A stretch of DNA of 63,715 bases, filler included, from Octopus bimaculoides (taxonomy: Eukaryota), in assembly GCF_001194135.2 (NCBI RefSeq). It is 6 parts of 5 records of this genome, joined end to end, with 100 filler letters (N's around TTAATTAATTAA, not from the genome) between each part and the next. Parts side by side here need not be neighbours in the genome. Positions count along the whole stretch, not along the records: positions 1 to 6,259 come from NC_069009.1; positions 6,360 to 11,068 come from NC_068981.1; positions 11,169 to 26,347 come from NC_068996.1; 3 more parts are not named here. One strand, 5' to 3'. Below are positions 1 to 12,068 of the stretch, piece by piece; position 1 is the first letter of the stretch; the number at the start of each line of letters is the position of its first letter. The notes beneath the pieces were generated by a model that saw only the letters and a program-made list of their open reading frames with translations, had not been told where the DNA came from and did not search any database. A program made the position numbers and the translations under genes.

Positions 1-399
1 ATATGGATGCACATACTTACATATAAGCACGAACACATAAGTGCGTGCACACATATGAGCGTGCACACATACGAGCTTGTACACACTCACATGCTCATAC
101 CGAATAGTTTCGAAACAATGCCAAAACAACGCCAGATCATACATTCAAAATAAATGGAAGTGGAGAGACAAGTTACTGAAGAGATTGCAAGAGTGCAATG
201 AAATAATTTAACAAAAAACTATATAAATTAATAAAGGACTGAACCAGTGCGTGTGTTTATTACCAGCATAATGCCTCTCCCAAGGTTTAATTGTATTTCT
301 TTCAACACACGTATCCACATCAAGAATCTTGCACACGAAATACACATACGAAATATATATAAGTAGTAGTTAAGTTAATGTCTGGTTATAGAGTGACCA

Positions 400-911
400 A
401 TGATTTTTGTTCAACAGAGTGTAAGCATCTTGAGAGAAAAGTTAAGCATAAGAGGCATCAGATGTGGTGTACAAGAGAGACAACTGCACTGGTATGGTCA
501 TGTGATGCATATGGTTGAGGACAGCTGTGTAAAGAAGTGCCAATCTCTAACTGTGGAGGGAACCTGTGGTAGAGGTGGACCCAGGAAGACATGGGATGAG
601 GTGGTGAAGCATGATCTTCAAACTTTGTGCCTTACAGAGGCAATGACTAGTGACCAAGACCATCAAGCCAAGTGAAATCATAGTCATGGCAGATACTGGT
701 GTCATACCAATGGCACCCATGCCAGTGGCACATAAAAGCACCCATTATACTCTCAGAGTGATTGGCATTAGGAAGGGAATCCAGCCATAGAAACTATGCC
801 AAATCAGACTGGAGATTGGTGCAGCCTTCCAGCTTACCAGCCCTGGTCAAACCGTCCAACCCATACCAGGCCAGCATGGACAACGGACGTTAAATGATGA
901 TGATGATGATG

Positions 912-913
<2 letters not shown>
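400..913 (+). mobile_element. 5'-truncated RTE-clade LINE 3' end (RT C-terminal remnant, 3' UTR, (GAT)n tail)
   Basis: ORF 400-675 reads LREKLSIRGIRCGVQERQLHWYGHV..CVKKC..VEGTCGRGGPRKTWDEVVKHDL, matching the RTE C-terminal pattern RLRWxGHVxRM..GxRxRGRPxxxWxDxVxxD. The UTR ends CGTTAAA(TGA)n. Confidence 0.85.
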
Positions 914-987
<74 letters not shown>

Positions 988-1001
988 GTATGCACACACT
1001 C

Positions 1002-1037
<36 letters not shown>

Positions 1038-1039
<2 letters not shown>

Positions 1040-1122
1040 TGGACTGGCTCTTGTGCGGGTGGCACATAAAATACACCATTTTGAGCGTGGCCATTGCCAG
1101 TACCGCCTGACTGGCCTTCGTA
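1038..1122 (+). mobile_element. Fragment related to the RTE 3' UTR
   Basis: GGTGGCACATAAAATACACC resembles AGTGGCACATAAAAGCACC at 724-742. Confidence 0.5.
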
Positions 1123-1274
1123 GGATTTTCGAGCAAGATCGAATATGGTTTGACCAATCCACATGCAGCTTAAACATCATGATTTGCCAGGTGTACCAAT
1201 ATCCTGTATTTGTTTATATTCATATGTTAGAGATATTTTTTTAATCCACATCATTAACTGGTTGTTATATTATT

Positions 1275-1830
1275 GCTGTTATTTCCTTTCAGAACAGGTT
1301 TGAACATTTTAATAAACCATTTCCCTTTTTATCTTTCTTCCAGCCTCACTTGTGTCATGTAGTTTGTAGAAAGGAAAAATTCAAAACATTTTCTCACCAC
1401 ATGTCTCTATATGTTCTCTCAATGGAACTTGGTGAACATTGATGTTCCGGATTTATTGCCTGTGGTCTCGTGAGCATTCTGATAATGCATTCCCTGTCTC
1501 ACCTAATTCCTCGCAATTTGGGCATTTCATGCAGTAGATCAAATTTCTGCTTTTGCAGTTCATGTCCGCATTTTCAAAAATCTGTCCATTTTTTTGTTCT
1601 AATGGATCTACCAGTATGTATGTATTCAGACATTCCACCTCTGTTATCATTACACTCGGATACTGTGAATGTTTTATCCTATTTGTTCATGTTGAATTTT
1701 GCCTTTGTTAATAGTTTCTTTAGGTTATGTGGTTAAGCGCTCGATGAGTTATGTTTTTTTAATTTTTCACTTTGTTTTATGATTAGCAAATTAGTTTTGA
1801 TGATGTTAAAAATGTTTTGGTGATGTGGAT
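1275..1830 (-). mobile_element. Decayed Penelope-like element (linker plus GIY-YIG endonuclease remnant)
   Basis: Minus strand, across stops and frameshifts: TNPHHQNIFNIIKTNLLI..PHNLRKLLTKAKF..GQIFENADMNCKSRNLIYCMKCPNC..GETGNAL..HRQ..HIETCG..KWFIKMFKPVL, typical of the PLE C-terminal half. Confidence 0.85.
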
Positions 1831-3017
1831 TGGTGTGTTGCTAGAAGTGTAAACCATAATGTTTAAAATGCAGGCGGATTGGTCAAAACCATATTCTAAA
1901 AATTCAGCATGTTGGAGCGTTCTAAGAGGTATTACAGTTGTCAAGAACTCAACTGTCAATTAAACACATTTGAAATCTGATGATTACTCTGTGTATGAAG
2001 CGTTAATTAACAAAATATTACAAAATATTTTTTAATGCCATGATAAAAAACGTGAAAACCAGACCATGTTTTAACTTTATTTAACTGATATATATATATA
2101 TACTTACATACACAAACAATAACACTCATAAGCAGATAGGGTTAGTGCATGTACATACATATAAATGAAATACAAAGAATAAAAATAAAAAGTAAAGATA
2201 AAAGATAAATTTTAAATAAAATTCATCCCATGCTAATGAAATCATTGAAGAGAGAAGGAAAGTAATTCAGTACTTACTAAATGTTTTGCCACAGAGGCTA
2301 CAGTCCAACATTTCTTTTGAGCATATGTATACATAAAAGACTTTGTCAATTGCATACCAACAAATATACTGACAATGAAAACCAAAATATCTTTCTTTTT
2401 TATTCTTTCTTCTAGATGGCAGAGAATAGATCTCTGTTTTTTTATTGCTCTGGTTGGTGACATTGTAACTTTGCAAAATAGTTGAAGTGGGTTTTTTTTC
2501 TTTATGTTTCTGTACTTGTAATTACTCCTGCTTCTGATATCACTGTTGTTTATGTTGTTGTTGCTTCTGTTGCTGTGACTTTTATTGCTGCTATCACTTC
2601 CACTGTTTGTTACCTCCCTTGTTCCAGCAATTGTTGGTAGTATGAAAAGAAGTATCTGTTGTATTTTCTTGTCAGCTGTAGATGATGTTGTTATGACTGT
2701 TTCACAGTTGTGAGGTTGGTTCTTTTATCAATTCAGCATTATTTGTTGAGTTGTCAGTTGTCAGGTATTGAATGTTTTCTGCTGTTTTTTTTTTTTTTCA
2801 GTTTAGGGAAATGTTTTATTATTTGTTGTTGTTGTTGGCAGTGGTTTAAAATCAGTTTTTTCTCTATTTCAAAAAAAAAAAAATATATATATAAGGCAGA
2901 AATATTAATTAACAAATTATTAATGCTTAACAAAATGATTCATTTATAGACTAAGATTCACAATTTAATAATTAACAAATTAATTCCTTATAAATTATTA
3001 AAAATGATTAATTTTAG

Positions 3018-3585
3018 CTTTTACTTGTTTCAGCCATTAGAATGTGGCCATGCTGGGGCATCACCTTGAGAATTTTTAAGCCGAATGAATGGAACCCAGT
3101 ACTTGTTTTTTTAAAGCCTGATATTCATTCTTCAGTCTCTTTTGCTGAACCACTAAGCTATATGGATGTAAACACACCAACACCAATTGTCAAATAGTGG
3201 TGAGGAACAAACACAGACACAAAGACACACTCACGCATATTATTATCATCATCATTCAACATCTATTTTCTGCTGGCACAGATTGGATTGTTTGAGAAGA
3301 CTTAGAAAGCCAGGGAGCTGCACCAGGCTTCATGTGTCTCCTTTGGCAAGTTTTTTTATGGCTGGATGCCCTACAGAATATACTGGATGCTTTTTCTGTG
3401 GCACAGATGCTTTTTATGTGGTTTCTTTCAGTTTCCATCTACCAAATCCACTCAGAGATCTTTGGTCAGCCCAAGGTGATAGTAAAAAGCACTTGCCCAA
3501 GGTGCCACACAGTGAAACTGAACCTGAAACTATGTGATTAAGAAACAAACATCTTACCTCTTACCATGTAGCGATACCTGTGCCT
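3018..3585 (-). mobile_element. tRNA-derived SINE family A, diverged copy split by an RTE 3' fragment
   Basis: 3' half (TTACTTGTTTCAGCCATT..GGCCATGCTGG) at 3018-3235; 5' half (CTTTCAGTTTCCATCTACCAAATCC..CTTGCCCAAGGTGCCAC) at 3421-3585. Confidence 0.85.
3241..3420 (-). mobile_element. RTE 3' UTR fragment nested in the SINE
   Basis: Starts with a (TCA)n tail and contains ATGGCTGGATGCCCT and GCTGCACCAGG, reverse-complement matches to 770-830. Confidence 0.7.
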
Positions 3586-3630
3586 CCAAAACTGAATTGT
3601 TAACAAATTATTAACGAACCCAGTAACAAT

Positions 3631-3912
3631 TCATCATCATCATCATCATCATCATTATCCTCATCATTTAATGTCTGTTTTCTCTGCTGGCATGGGTTAG
3701 ATGGTTTGAAAGCTGCACCAGGTTCCAGTTTGATTAGGCTTACTTTCTATGGCTGGATGCCCTTCCTAATGCCAACCACTTCACAGAGTATACTGGGTGC
3801 CTTTTACATGTCACTGGTATAGGTGCCTTTCATGTACCACTGGCACTGGCCATATGATTTCACTTAGTTTCACGTGTTTTCTCAAGCACAGCAAATCACC
3901 AAAAGTCTTGGT
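3631..3912 (-). mobile_element. RTE LINE 3' end
   Basis: (TCA)n tail followed by the reverse complement of the 650-900 region (ATGGCTGGATGCCCTTCCTAATGCCAA..GGGTGCCTTTTA..GATTTCACTT..TCTTGGT). Confidence 0.8.
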
Positions 3913-4858
3913 AATTTCAATTATTAATCAATATATCTAATATAATAAATGTGAAAACTAATTTCTGTGTGTCAGTGTGTTACACTTCGACTCCCTCTCT
4001 CACTATTCCTTAACACTCCTACTATTGCTCATGTTGGGGTGAGAGTGATAGTAGGCATAGAGACGGTGAGAGCAGTGGCAAAAACAGAGAGAGAAAGAGA
4101 GAGAGAGAGAAAAAAAAGAGTGGGTATGTGAGAGAAAGAGGGCGTGACCACCTACCTAACAGGCTGAAGTAACATACTGAACGAAAACATACATTTAGCC
4201 TTTTTGTGATGGTAATAGGGTGACAGTAATAGTATGAGCTGTAGTTGTGATAGAGGCAGAGGCGGTGGTGATGATGGTGGTAGCTGAGGAGGTGAGGGAT
4301 GAGGTGAGAGTAAGCGATGTGAAAGACAGTGGTGATGGTGATGGAGGGGAAGGCGACGAAGTCAAAGGTATTGATGGTGGTGGCATCAGAAGCCTGCATG
4401 GTGTGTGTATATGGCAGATGTGGTGGCGATGGTGGTGGTACTGTTGTTTATCATGCAGCTTTTCAATAAGTTCCAAATCAACAAATTATGTCATTGTTTT
4501 GATGAAAATTGTTCACTGCTTGAAAAATATTGTTGAAGTTTAATAGAATTTATTATGTACTCAATACATGAAGTGTTGTTGTTACACCCAAGGCCTAATG
4601 AAGAGCTCTCCATAGGAGCTAGCTTAAAAGCTGCCTGATAGGGCTGGTAATAATAAAATTAGAAAGAAAAAACAGATTCTAAAAACCACTTCCAAATCAC
4701 TCAACCATGAAACATCTTTCATAATGAAACCTTCTTTACAAAACCTCACTTACAAACACCATTGCCATCACAATACCATAGCAACAGAAATTTTTATAGC
4801 CGGCCCACTGAAACTTTGCCTGCTTCTACAATACAAATTTTCTGCTTTAATATTATTT

Positions 4859-5010
4859 AGGTATGGCTATGTGGTAAGAAGTTTGTTTCTCAATCACATG
4901 TTTCCATGTTCAGTCCCACTGTGTGGCACTTTGGAAAAGTGTCTTCTACAGCCTGGGGCCGACCAAAGCCTTGTGAATGGACTTGGTAGATGGAAACTGA
5001 AAAAACATAT
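4859..5010 (+). mobile_element. SINE family A, 5' half
   Basis: Pol III A-box-like TGGCTATGTGGT, B-box-like TGTTCAGTCCC, then GGCCGACCAAAGCCTTGTGA..GGAAACTGAAA. Confidence 0.85.
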
Positions 5011-5212
5011 ATATATATATAAATATATGTAGAAGGTAGAAAAGTAACACAAAAGTTGATATGTATAAGGAAAATAAAAACAAGATAGAAAATGCGAAAA
5101 TAATTTATCATGAAGAACACATTATTACCGGTTTTTGTCTTTTAGGCTTTTTCAACTAAGAATAATATAAGAAAAGCAATTAAAATTGGAGAAAAAAGAA
5201 TTAAGTGAAATG

Positions 5213-5612
5213 TTTTACTCTTTAACTTGTTTCAGTCATTTGACTACAGTCATGCTGGAGCACCACCTTTAATCGAGGAAATCGACCCCAGAACTTATTC
5301 TTTGTAAGCCTAGTACTTATTCTATCCGTCTCTTTTTGCCAAACCGCTAAGTTACGGGGATGTAAACACACCAGCATCGGTTGTCAAGCGATGGTGGGGG
5401 GACAAATACAGACACACAAACACACATACATATATATATATATATACATATATACGACGGGCTTCTTTCAGTTTCCATCTACCAAATCCACTCACAAGGC
5501 TTTGGTCAGCCCAAGGCTATAGTAGAAGACACTTGCCCAAGGTGCCACGCAGTGGGACTGAACCCGGAACCATGTGGTTGGTAAGCAAGCTACTTACCAC
5601 ACAGCCACTCCT
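5213..5612 (-). mobile_element. Full-length tRNA-derived SINE family A
   Basis: Minus strand begins AGGAGTGGCTGTGTGGTAAG..GGGTTCAGTCCC (A and B boxes), has a central (TA)/(TG) tract, and ends CAGCATGACTGTAGTCAAATGACTGAAACAAGTTAAAGAGTAAAA. Near-identical copies occur at 8105 and 37738. Confidence 0.95.
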
Positions 5613-5758
5613 TTTATAGATATTTTATAGATATTTCCATAGTCTTCAGAAAGTCTGTCTCTCTCTCTATTCCTTTGTGAATGCCCCGTAGGTGGGTAGT
5701 AGTATATGTATGCATGTGTGTACATTTGTATGTATGTATTCTGCATATTCATGTGTTT

Positions 5759-5798
<40 letters not shown>

Positions 5799-6067
5799 TT
5801 GTGTGTGTACCTCTGACTCCTTGTGCGTGCATGTCTGAGTGTGTCTCAGTATGGGTTTTTGTGATTATGTATATGCGTCTGTTTATGTATGGATGTGTCC
5901 GTGTGCATGTGTGTATATAGTCATGTGTTTCAGTCTTCATTTGCATATGCATGTGTGTATGTGTGTGTATGTGTGTGTGTGTGTGCTTGTATGTCCATAT
6001 TACTTATGTATCTATCTATCTGTATGTCTATCTGTTTACATTCATTTTCATTTACCTACATATATAT

Positions 6068-6231
6068 GCAGGAGTGGCTGTGTGGTAAGTAGCTTGCTTA
6101 CCAACCACATGGTTCTGGGTTCAGTCCCACTGTGTGGCACCTTGGGTAAGTGTCTTCTACTATAGCCTCAGGCCGACCAAAGCCTTGTGAGTGGAATTGG
6201 TAGACAGAAACTGAAAGAAGCCTGTCGTATT
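6068..6231 (+). mobile_element. SINE family A, 5' half running into (TA)n and a gap
   Basis: About 94% identical by eye to the reverse complement of 5453-5612. Confidence 0.95.
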
Positions 6232-6303
6232 ATATGTATATATATATATATATATATATNNNNNNNNNNNNNNNNNNNNNNNNNNNNNNNNNNNNNNNNN
6301 NNN

Positions 6304-6315
6304 TTAATTAATTAA
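6304..6315. other. Artificial assembly spacer TTAATTAATTAA inside a 100-base gap (also 11113, 26392, 52527, 58455)
   Basis: The identical 12-mer sits between 44 N on each side and contains stops in all six frames. Confidence 0.95.
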
Positions 6316-6362
6316 NNNNNNNNNNNNNNNNNNNNNNNNNNNNNNNNNNNNNNNNNNNNTTC

Positions 6363-6395
<33 letters not shown>

Positions 6396-7527
6396 TATAT
6401 GCATATGTATATATATATTCATACATACATACATACATTCATACATCCATACATTCATACATACATACATTCATAGATACATACGTACATGCATACATAC
6501 GTGCATACATACATACATACACACATAACTATATAACCTTTTTCAAACTTCTCTCACTATTCTTTTTTGTCTGGTAGCATCGAGCAATATAAGTGAATGC
6601 TTCTTCGAGTTCAGAGAAGAGCACCTTTTGCCATGGGATCTAGCATATTACAACCAACAAAACCACACGGTTCCATAAGTATTGCTTTCAATGTGCAAAT
6701 GAAGCCGACAGCCTAGGACTATTATCATCATTAAGCGGTCAGATAACGAGATATCACGCTAAATTTTGCATCGGTTTTCATCTGATAATTTTATCACTGC
6801 AATACCTATTTTTATACTGTGGACATAAAAATTGGCCATAAAACCAACATTGGCTTTCTACTCCAATATATAAGATTTCCTGATATAATAAAGACAAAAG
6901 AGGAAGAAGAAGAAAAAAAAACATAAAAGGTATGGACGATATTTGTAGGGAAGAAGAAATAGACATCTTTGTTTATATTTTTGAATAGATAAGAGTTTTG
7001 AAAGTGTGGTGAATTCTGCGGGGAGTCATAAATTGAGTATGAACGGTTATGGACGAGGAAGAACCATGAAAGCAAAGAGTCTGGTTGAGATAATTCTAGC
7101 TTCATTATAAATCCATTGAAATTCAACAGAATCAGAAAAGAAGCTAACCATAACAACTAAACTTTCTCATTTCACATTTTGTTAGAATTTATCACTAAAT
7201 TCTCTAAAATTTTTTTAACCTTTTCTTTTTCTCCCCCTCTTTTCATTTATTTATTTATTTATTTTTGTTTTGTTTCTTTTTTTTCCATTCTTTTGTGAGT
7301 GAGTGAGTGTGTATGCTCGTATGTCTGTATGCGTGCATTTATTCCTTCTTGCATATCTGTGTATTCGTGTGACTAAGCATGTGTGTGTGTGTGTGTGTAT
7401 CCCCCCCCCTTTATCGGTGTGTATTTCCGTGTGTTTATAACTCTCAGTATCCGTATGATTTTTTTTCTTCCTTCATGTGTGTCTACATGCGTACATGTGT
7501 CTTTCTCTGTCTGTCTGTCAGTCTCTC

Positions 7528-7580
<53 letters not shown>

Positions 7581-8104
7581 TTATTATTTCTCTTTCACAA
7601 TTAAACATCCTTACTTTTTTATTTCTCTATTCTTATTTACACATTCTTTCCACTTGTCAATTTTTCATTCCATCATTCACCTATCTTCATATTTATTCTT
7701 ATTTTATTTCGCCATTGCAACGTTTTCTTATTTCTTTCTACATTTTGTTATTCTAATTCATTTTCTCATTTCTCTATTTTATACTCAAATATTTTCTCAT
7801 TTTCATATTCTTCAGTTTCTTTCTCTATTAGTCTACTATAGTCCACAACATACCACAGTTACCCACTCACCTCACGCCATATACGATACATTGTATTATT
7901 TTGTGAAGTTTAGATTTGATGTGTAAACTGTGTGGTAGGTACACACGCTATTTATTACACTCACTATGTGTTGTACTTAAGTATTACATCGTATATAAAG
8001 TACAGCGTGTATGGTACTCATTTTGAAGTACTCTGTGTGCGTGTATGGTGCACAATTAGTGGTACATTGTATACGGAATTATAGTACATTATATGTATAT
8101 AGTA

Positions 8105-8517
8105 TTACTCTTTAACTCTCTTACTTGTTTCAGTCATTTGACTGCGGCCATGCTGGAGCACCGCCTTTAGTCGAGCAAATCAACCCCAGGACTTATTCTC
8201 TGTAAGCCTAGTACTTATTCTATCGGTCTCTTTTGCCGAACCGCTATGTTACGGGGACGTAAGCACAGCACCATCGGTTGTCAAGCGATGTTGGGGGGAC
8301 GTAAGCACAAATACACAAACACATACACACACATGCATACATATATATACATATATACGACGGGCTTCTTTCAGTTTCCGTCTACCAAATCCACTCACAA
8401 AGCTTTGGTCGGTCTGAGGCTATAGTAAAAGACACTTGCCCAAGGTGCCACGCAGTGGTAATGAACCCAGAAACATGTGGTTGGTAAGCAAGCTACTTAC
8501 CACACAGTCACTCCTGC
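8105..8517 (-). mobile_element. Full-length SINE family A
   Basis: Colinear with 5213-5612 along its whole length. Confidence 0.95.
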
Positions 8518-8589
8518 ACCTATGTATGTTTATATGTTGTATATATGTGACAGAATCGTTAAAAAGTCAGAAAAACTGCTTTGATATAT

Positions 8590-8737
8590 TTGCTTCGGCT
8601 CCGAGTTCAAACCATGCTGGGATCAAATTTACGTATCATTCTTTTATGGTCGTTAAAATGCAGTACCGTTCAAGTACTGGCGACAAATCCCCCAACTTCG
8701 AAATTCTTGGTCTTTTACCTAAATTCGAAAGCATATT
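8590..8737 (+). mobile_element. Diverged SINE family B fragment
   Basis: CCGAGTTCAAACC..GCAGTACCGTTCAAGTACTGG resembles family B (55128-55310). Confidence 0.45.
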
Positions 8738-9706
8738 GAAAGATGTGTAATATATATTGTACATGTATATGTAAAATTGTGGCACTTCGCATATACGGTA
8801 CACCGTGTGTGATACACTCTATGTATGGCATACTTTGCGTATATTAAGTTACTGCGTATGTTACGCTGCGTATATGGTACATTGTATTGTCGTGATGGTG
8901 ACTTGGATGGATTGATGTGGAGCTGGTAAATGATGAGATATTTTCATGACAAGCATGGACATGCATGTCACTCAGCCGCCTTCGGCACTCTGCAATTAAT
9001 TGAGCGGTAAAACGATCTTTTATAGGATACAAAAACATTCGAGAAAACCATAACACCCTACAGCTTCACGCTCATTGATTAGTTGGCTGGTTGGTTGGTT
9101 GGTTGGTTGGTTAGTTGGTTGGTTGGTTGGTTGGTAAGTAGACCGATCACGTGAAACTATAGTGGTTTGCTCGTGGTGTCTGACCGATTATCTAGCGGGT
9201 AAGATTTCAAATCAACGCTGTAGAATATATGATATATTGTATGCGAGATATATACTATATGTTGCATGTGTGGTATACTACGTAGTGGGAATTGAACTTG
9301 CAATAAGCTTACCCAATGGCTCGAAGTTCAATTCCCAATAAAAGTGGCATTTAAATAACAGTAAGGGGAGACCTGGGAATCACTACCTAAGTGGACTCGG
9401 CTGCATTACAGTGTCAAGAACCAACGTGCCGAAAGAATTGTTTGACGAGAGGTTCCCTCTAAAGATTTCTCCTGCTGTCCGCTCGCCTCGTAGCGGGTTC
9501 CGCGTAGAAGTGATGTATTGAATGTGAGATAAACTAGATATTTCATACGCTGTATGTGTGGTATCAAGTATATGTGTAGTATACGTAATATATAGTATAC
9601 AGTATATGTGTAGTATACGTAATATATAAGGTAATGTATATGCGATATATTGTCTGTGATACACTGTAAATCTAATATTTTGTATGCATACATACACACA
9701 CACATA

Positions 9707-9737
<31 letters not shown>

Positions 9738-9755
9738 ATGTATGTATGTGTGTGT

Positions 9756-9909
9756 GACGGGCTTCTTTTAATTTCCCTCTACCAAATCTACTCACTAGGC
9801 TTTAGTTGCTCGAAGCTATACTAGAAGACAGTTTGCCTTAGGTGTCATGCAGTGCCACTGATCCCGAAATCATGTGGTTGGAAAGCAAGCGCACCATACA
9901 GCTACTCTT
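9756..9909 (-). mobile_element. SINE family A, 5' half (diverged)
   Basis: GACGGGCTTCTTT..CTACCAAATCTACTCAC..GTGGTTGGAAAGCAAGC..CAGCTACTC. Confidence 0.85.
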
Positions 9910-10014
9910 GTTATACACACATACAGACACACACTACACACACGCACATACACACACACATACATACATATGCACATGCACACACACACACACTCACACG
10001 CATAAATAACTTGG

Positions 10015-10770
10015 ATAACTTGGATTTGTTTCGACCATTATTGGCCCAGGCCATGACTAACGCAATAGCGCCACCTGGAAAAGTCTTAATTGATAATTTC
10101 GGGACACCATGGACCACTCAAGCAGAGAGTTGTTGGCGGAGACGTATCCAGGTGTTGGTGGTTTATCCGGTGTTTCCTGGAGGAAGTTGTCCATGTACCA
10201 TTTGAGAGGGGCTCTGTTTCTACTTTAATTCCTCTCGGGTTAACATTGAAAAGAGCAGGAACATTTGCAATGAAGTAATTGTGTCACAATGTTCTTATGT
10301 GATGTGATCTCGACCTTTGTAGGGGATGCATTGCACGGGGGCCTAGTCTTGAGTGAATTGTAAACATAATACCGATATCATTTGGATAATATTGGTGGAA
10401 TATTTCCACATGGTGCAAATAATGTATCGCTCACGGCGGCGTTGCATAAAATAGTGTCTCAGCTATTTAAGTCGAGCCCAATAATCAAGTCCCGTCATGC
10501 CATTTTTTTTTAGCGATTGATCTTTGTGGCGCTTCGGTCCTCATTATGTCTTGCTTTTTTTAGGGGGACCACAATGGGAAGCAGTATTCGAGGTGGGGGC
10601 CTAGCAAATGTGGAGAAGAGAAGGATGATGGCTTCATGATCCCTAGATTGAAAAGTTCTGAGGAACCATGAGCACATTCTACAGGCAACATCGACTTTTT
10701 TGTTGCACACTCCAGCTAAGGTCACTCTTTACAACACCTGTCTGTGTTCGGATTGTCCTTGCACAGGGGC
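10015..10770 (-). mobile_element. Decayed CR1/L2-group LINE, RT C-terminal region and 3' end
   Basis: Minus strand, with frameshifts: DLSWS..VDVACRMCSWFLRTFQSRD..FARP/HLEYC..WSP..QRSI..GLDYWARLK..RRERYIICTMWK..LGPRA..PALFN. The 3' UTR matches 56660-56725. Confidence 0.85.
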
Positions 10771-11344
10771 CATTTGGACACCCGTCTTCGCTGTAAGCAG
10801 GGATTAATCTTCTCTTTTCGCTCCTTTGCGCCATATGGGCTCAACACTCCTCCCCTCTTCATCTAACCCTCCTCCTCTCACACCTACTTCCTGCCACCCA
10901 CCTCTCCTCTCTTGCTCTGGCACCTACTTCCTCTCTTCACTCCTACCCACCTTCTCCCTTCCACCCTCTCCCTTCATCCTCACCCCTCCCTCGTTACACC
11001 ACTACTACAAATTCCAACCCCACCATTCCTATACATCCCATCCCACACCACCCCATCCCTTTGACCCCNNNNNNNNNNNNNNNNNNNNNNNNNNNNNNNN
11101 NNNNNNNNNNNNTTAATTAATTAANNNNNNNNNNNNNNNNNNNNNNNNNNNNNNNNNNNNNNNNNNNNATATATATATATATATAAATATATATATGTAT
11201 ATATATTTATATATGTATGTATATATGTGTGTATATATGTTATATACATATATACATATAACACGAGGAACAGTGAGAATAAGTATACACTTACAGGCAT
11301 TCATATATGTATGTGTGTGATATTTGTGCATGTTTGTATATCAG

Positions 11345-11562
11345 CAGAGAGAAAGAGATAGGGAAGGAAAGAAAGAGGAGAGAAAGAGAGGAGAGAGAGG
11401 GAGAGAGAGGGAGAGAGTGACAGAGAGAGAATGAAGCATAGAGATGTGAAGTTAGAGCTAGTGGTATATAGTCAGAGAGATATAACTGTAGCTCTACCTT
11501 CTCTTCTGGTATATTGTTTATTTTCTCGTTTTCTCTTAGCTGAAGTGAGTGGGAAGAGAGAG

Positions 11563-11605
<43 letters not shown>

Positions 11606-11800
11606 GAGAGGAGGAAAGTAATGAAAAGTGAGTGATTGAAATATACAGAGAAACTGAGAAAGGATAGAATAATTGAGAAGAGAGTAAGAGAGAGTAGTTG
11701 AAAGAGAAAGAAATGATGAACGAGGAAGAGATACAGAGTGAGAGAGAGGGAGGAGAGAGAGAGTAGTAAGTATATGAAGGAAGGAGAATGAAGAAAAATA
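11345..11800. repeat. (GA)n and purine-rich low-complexity tract
   Basis: Direct inspection. Confidence 0.85.
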
Positions 11801-12035
11801 TAAAATGAAGGAAATCAAGAAGACTATATGCACATATAAACATACATGCATAAATACATACAAATATACATGCATGTATACATACATACATACACATATA
11901 CACACATACATGCACGCACGCACACATACACACATACATATATAGATACGTACATGCACACACACAAGAATGCATGCGTCTATCTTTGTCTTTCTATATT
12001 TCTGTCTGTCTGTCTCTCACACTATGTGTGTATGT

Positions 12036-12068
<33 letters not shown>

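Noticed and set aside
6304-6315. TTAATTAATTAA recurring five times
   Set aside because: It is always centred in exactly 100-base N gaps, so it is a scaffolding spacer and not biology.
6595-6640. Minus-strand WQKVLFSE resembling a Tc1 transposase motif
   Set aside because: The catalytic DE context is absent, flanking frames have stops, and no TIRs are visible.
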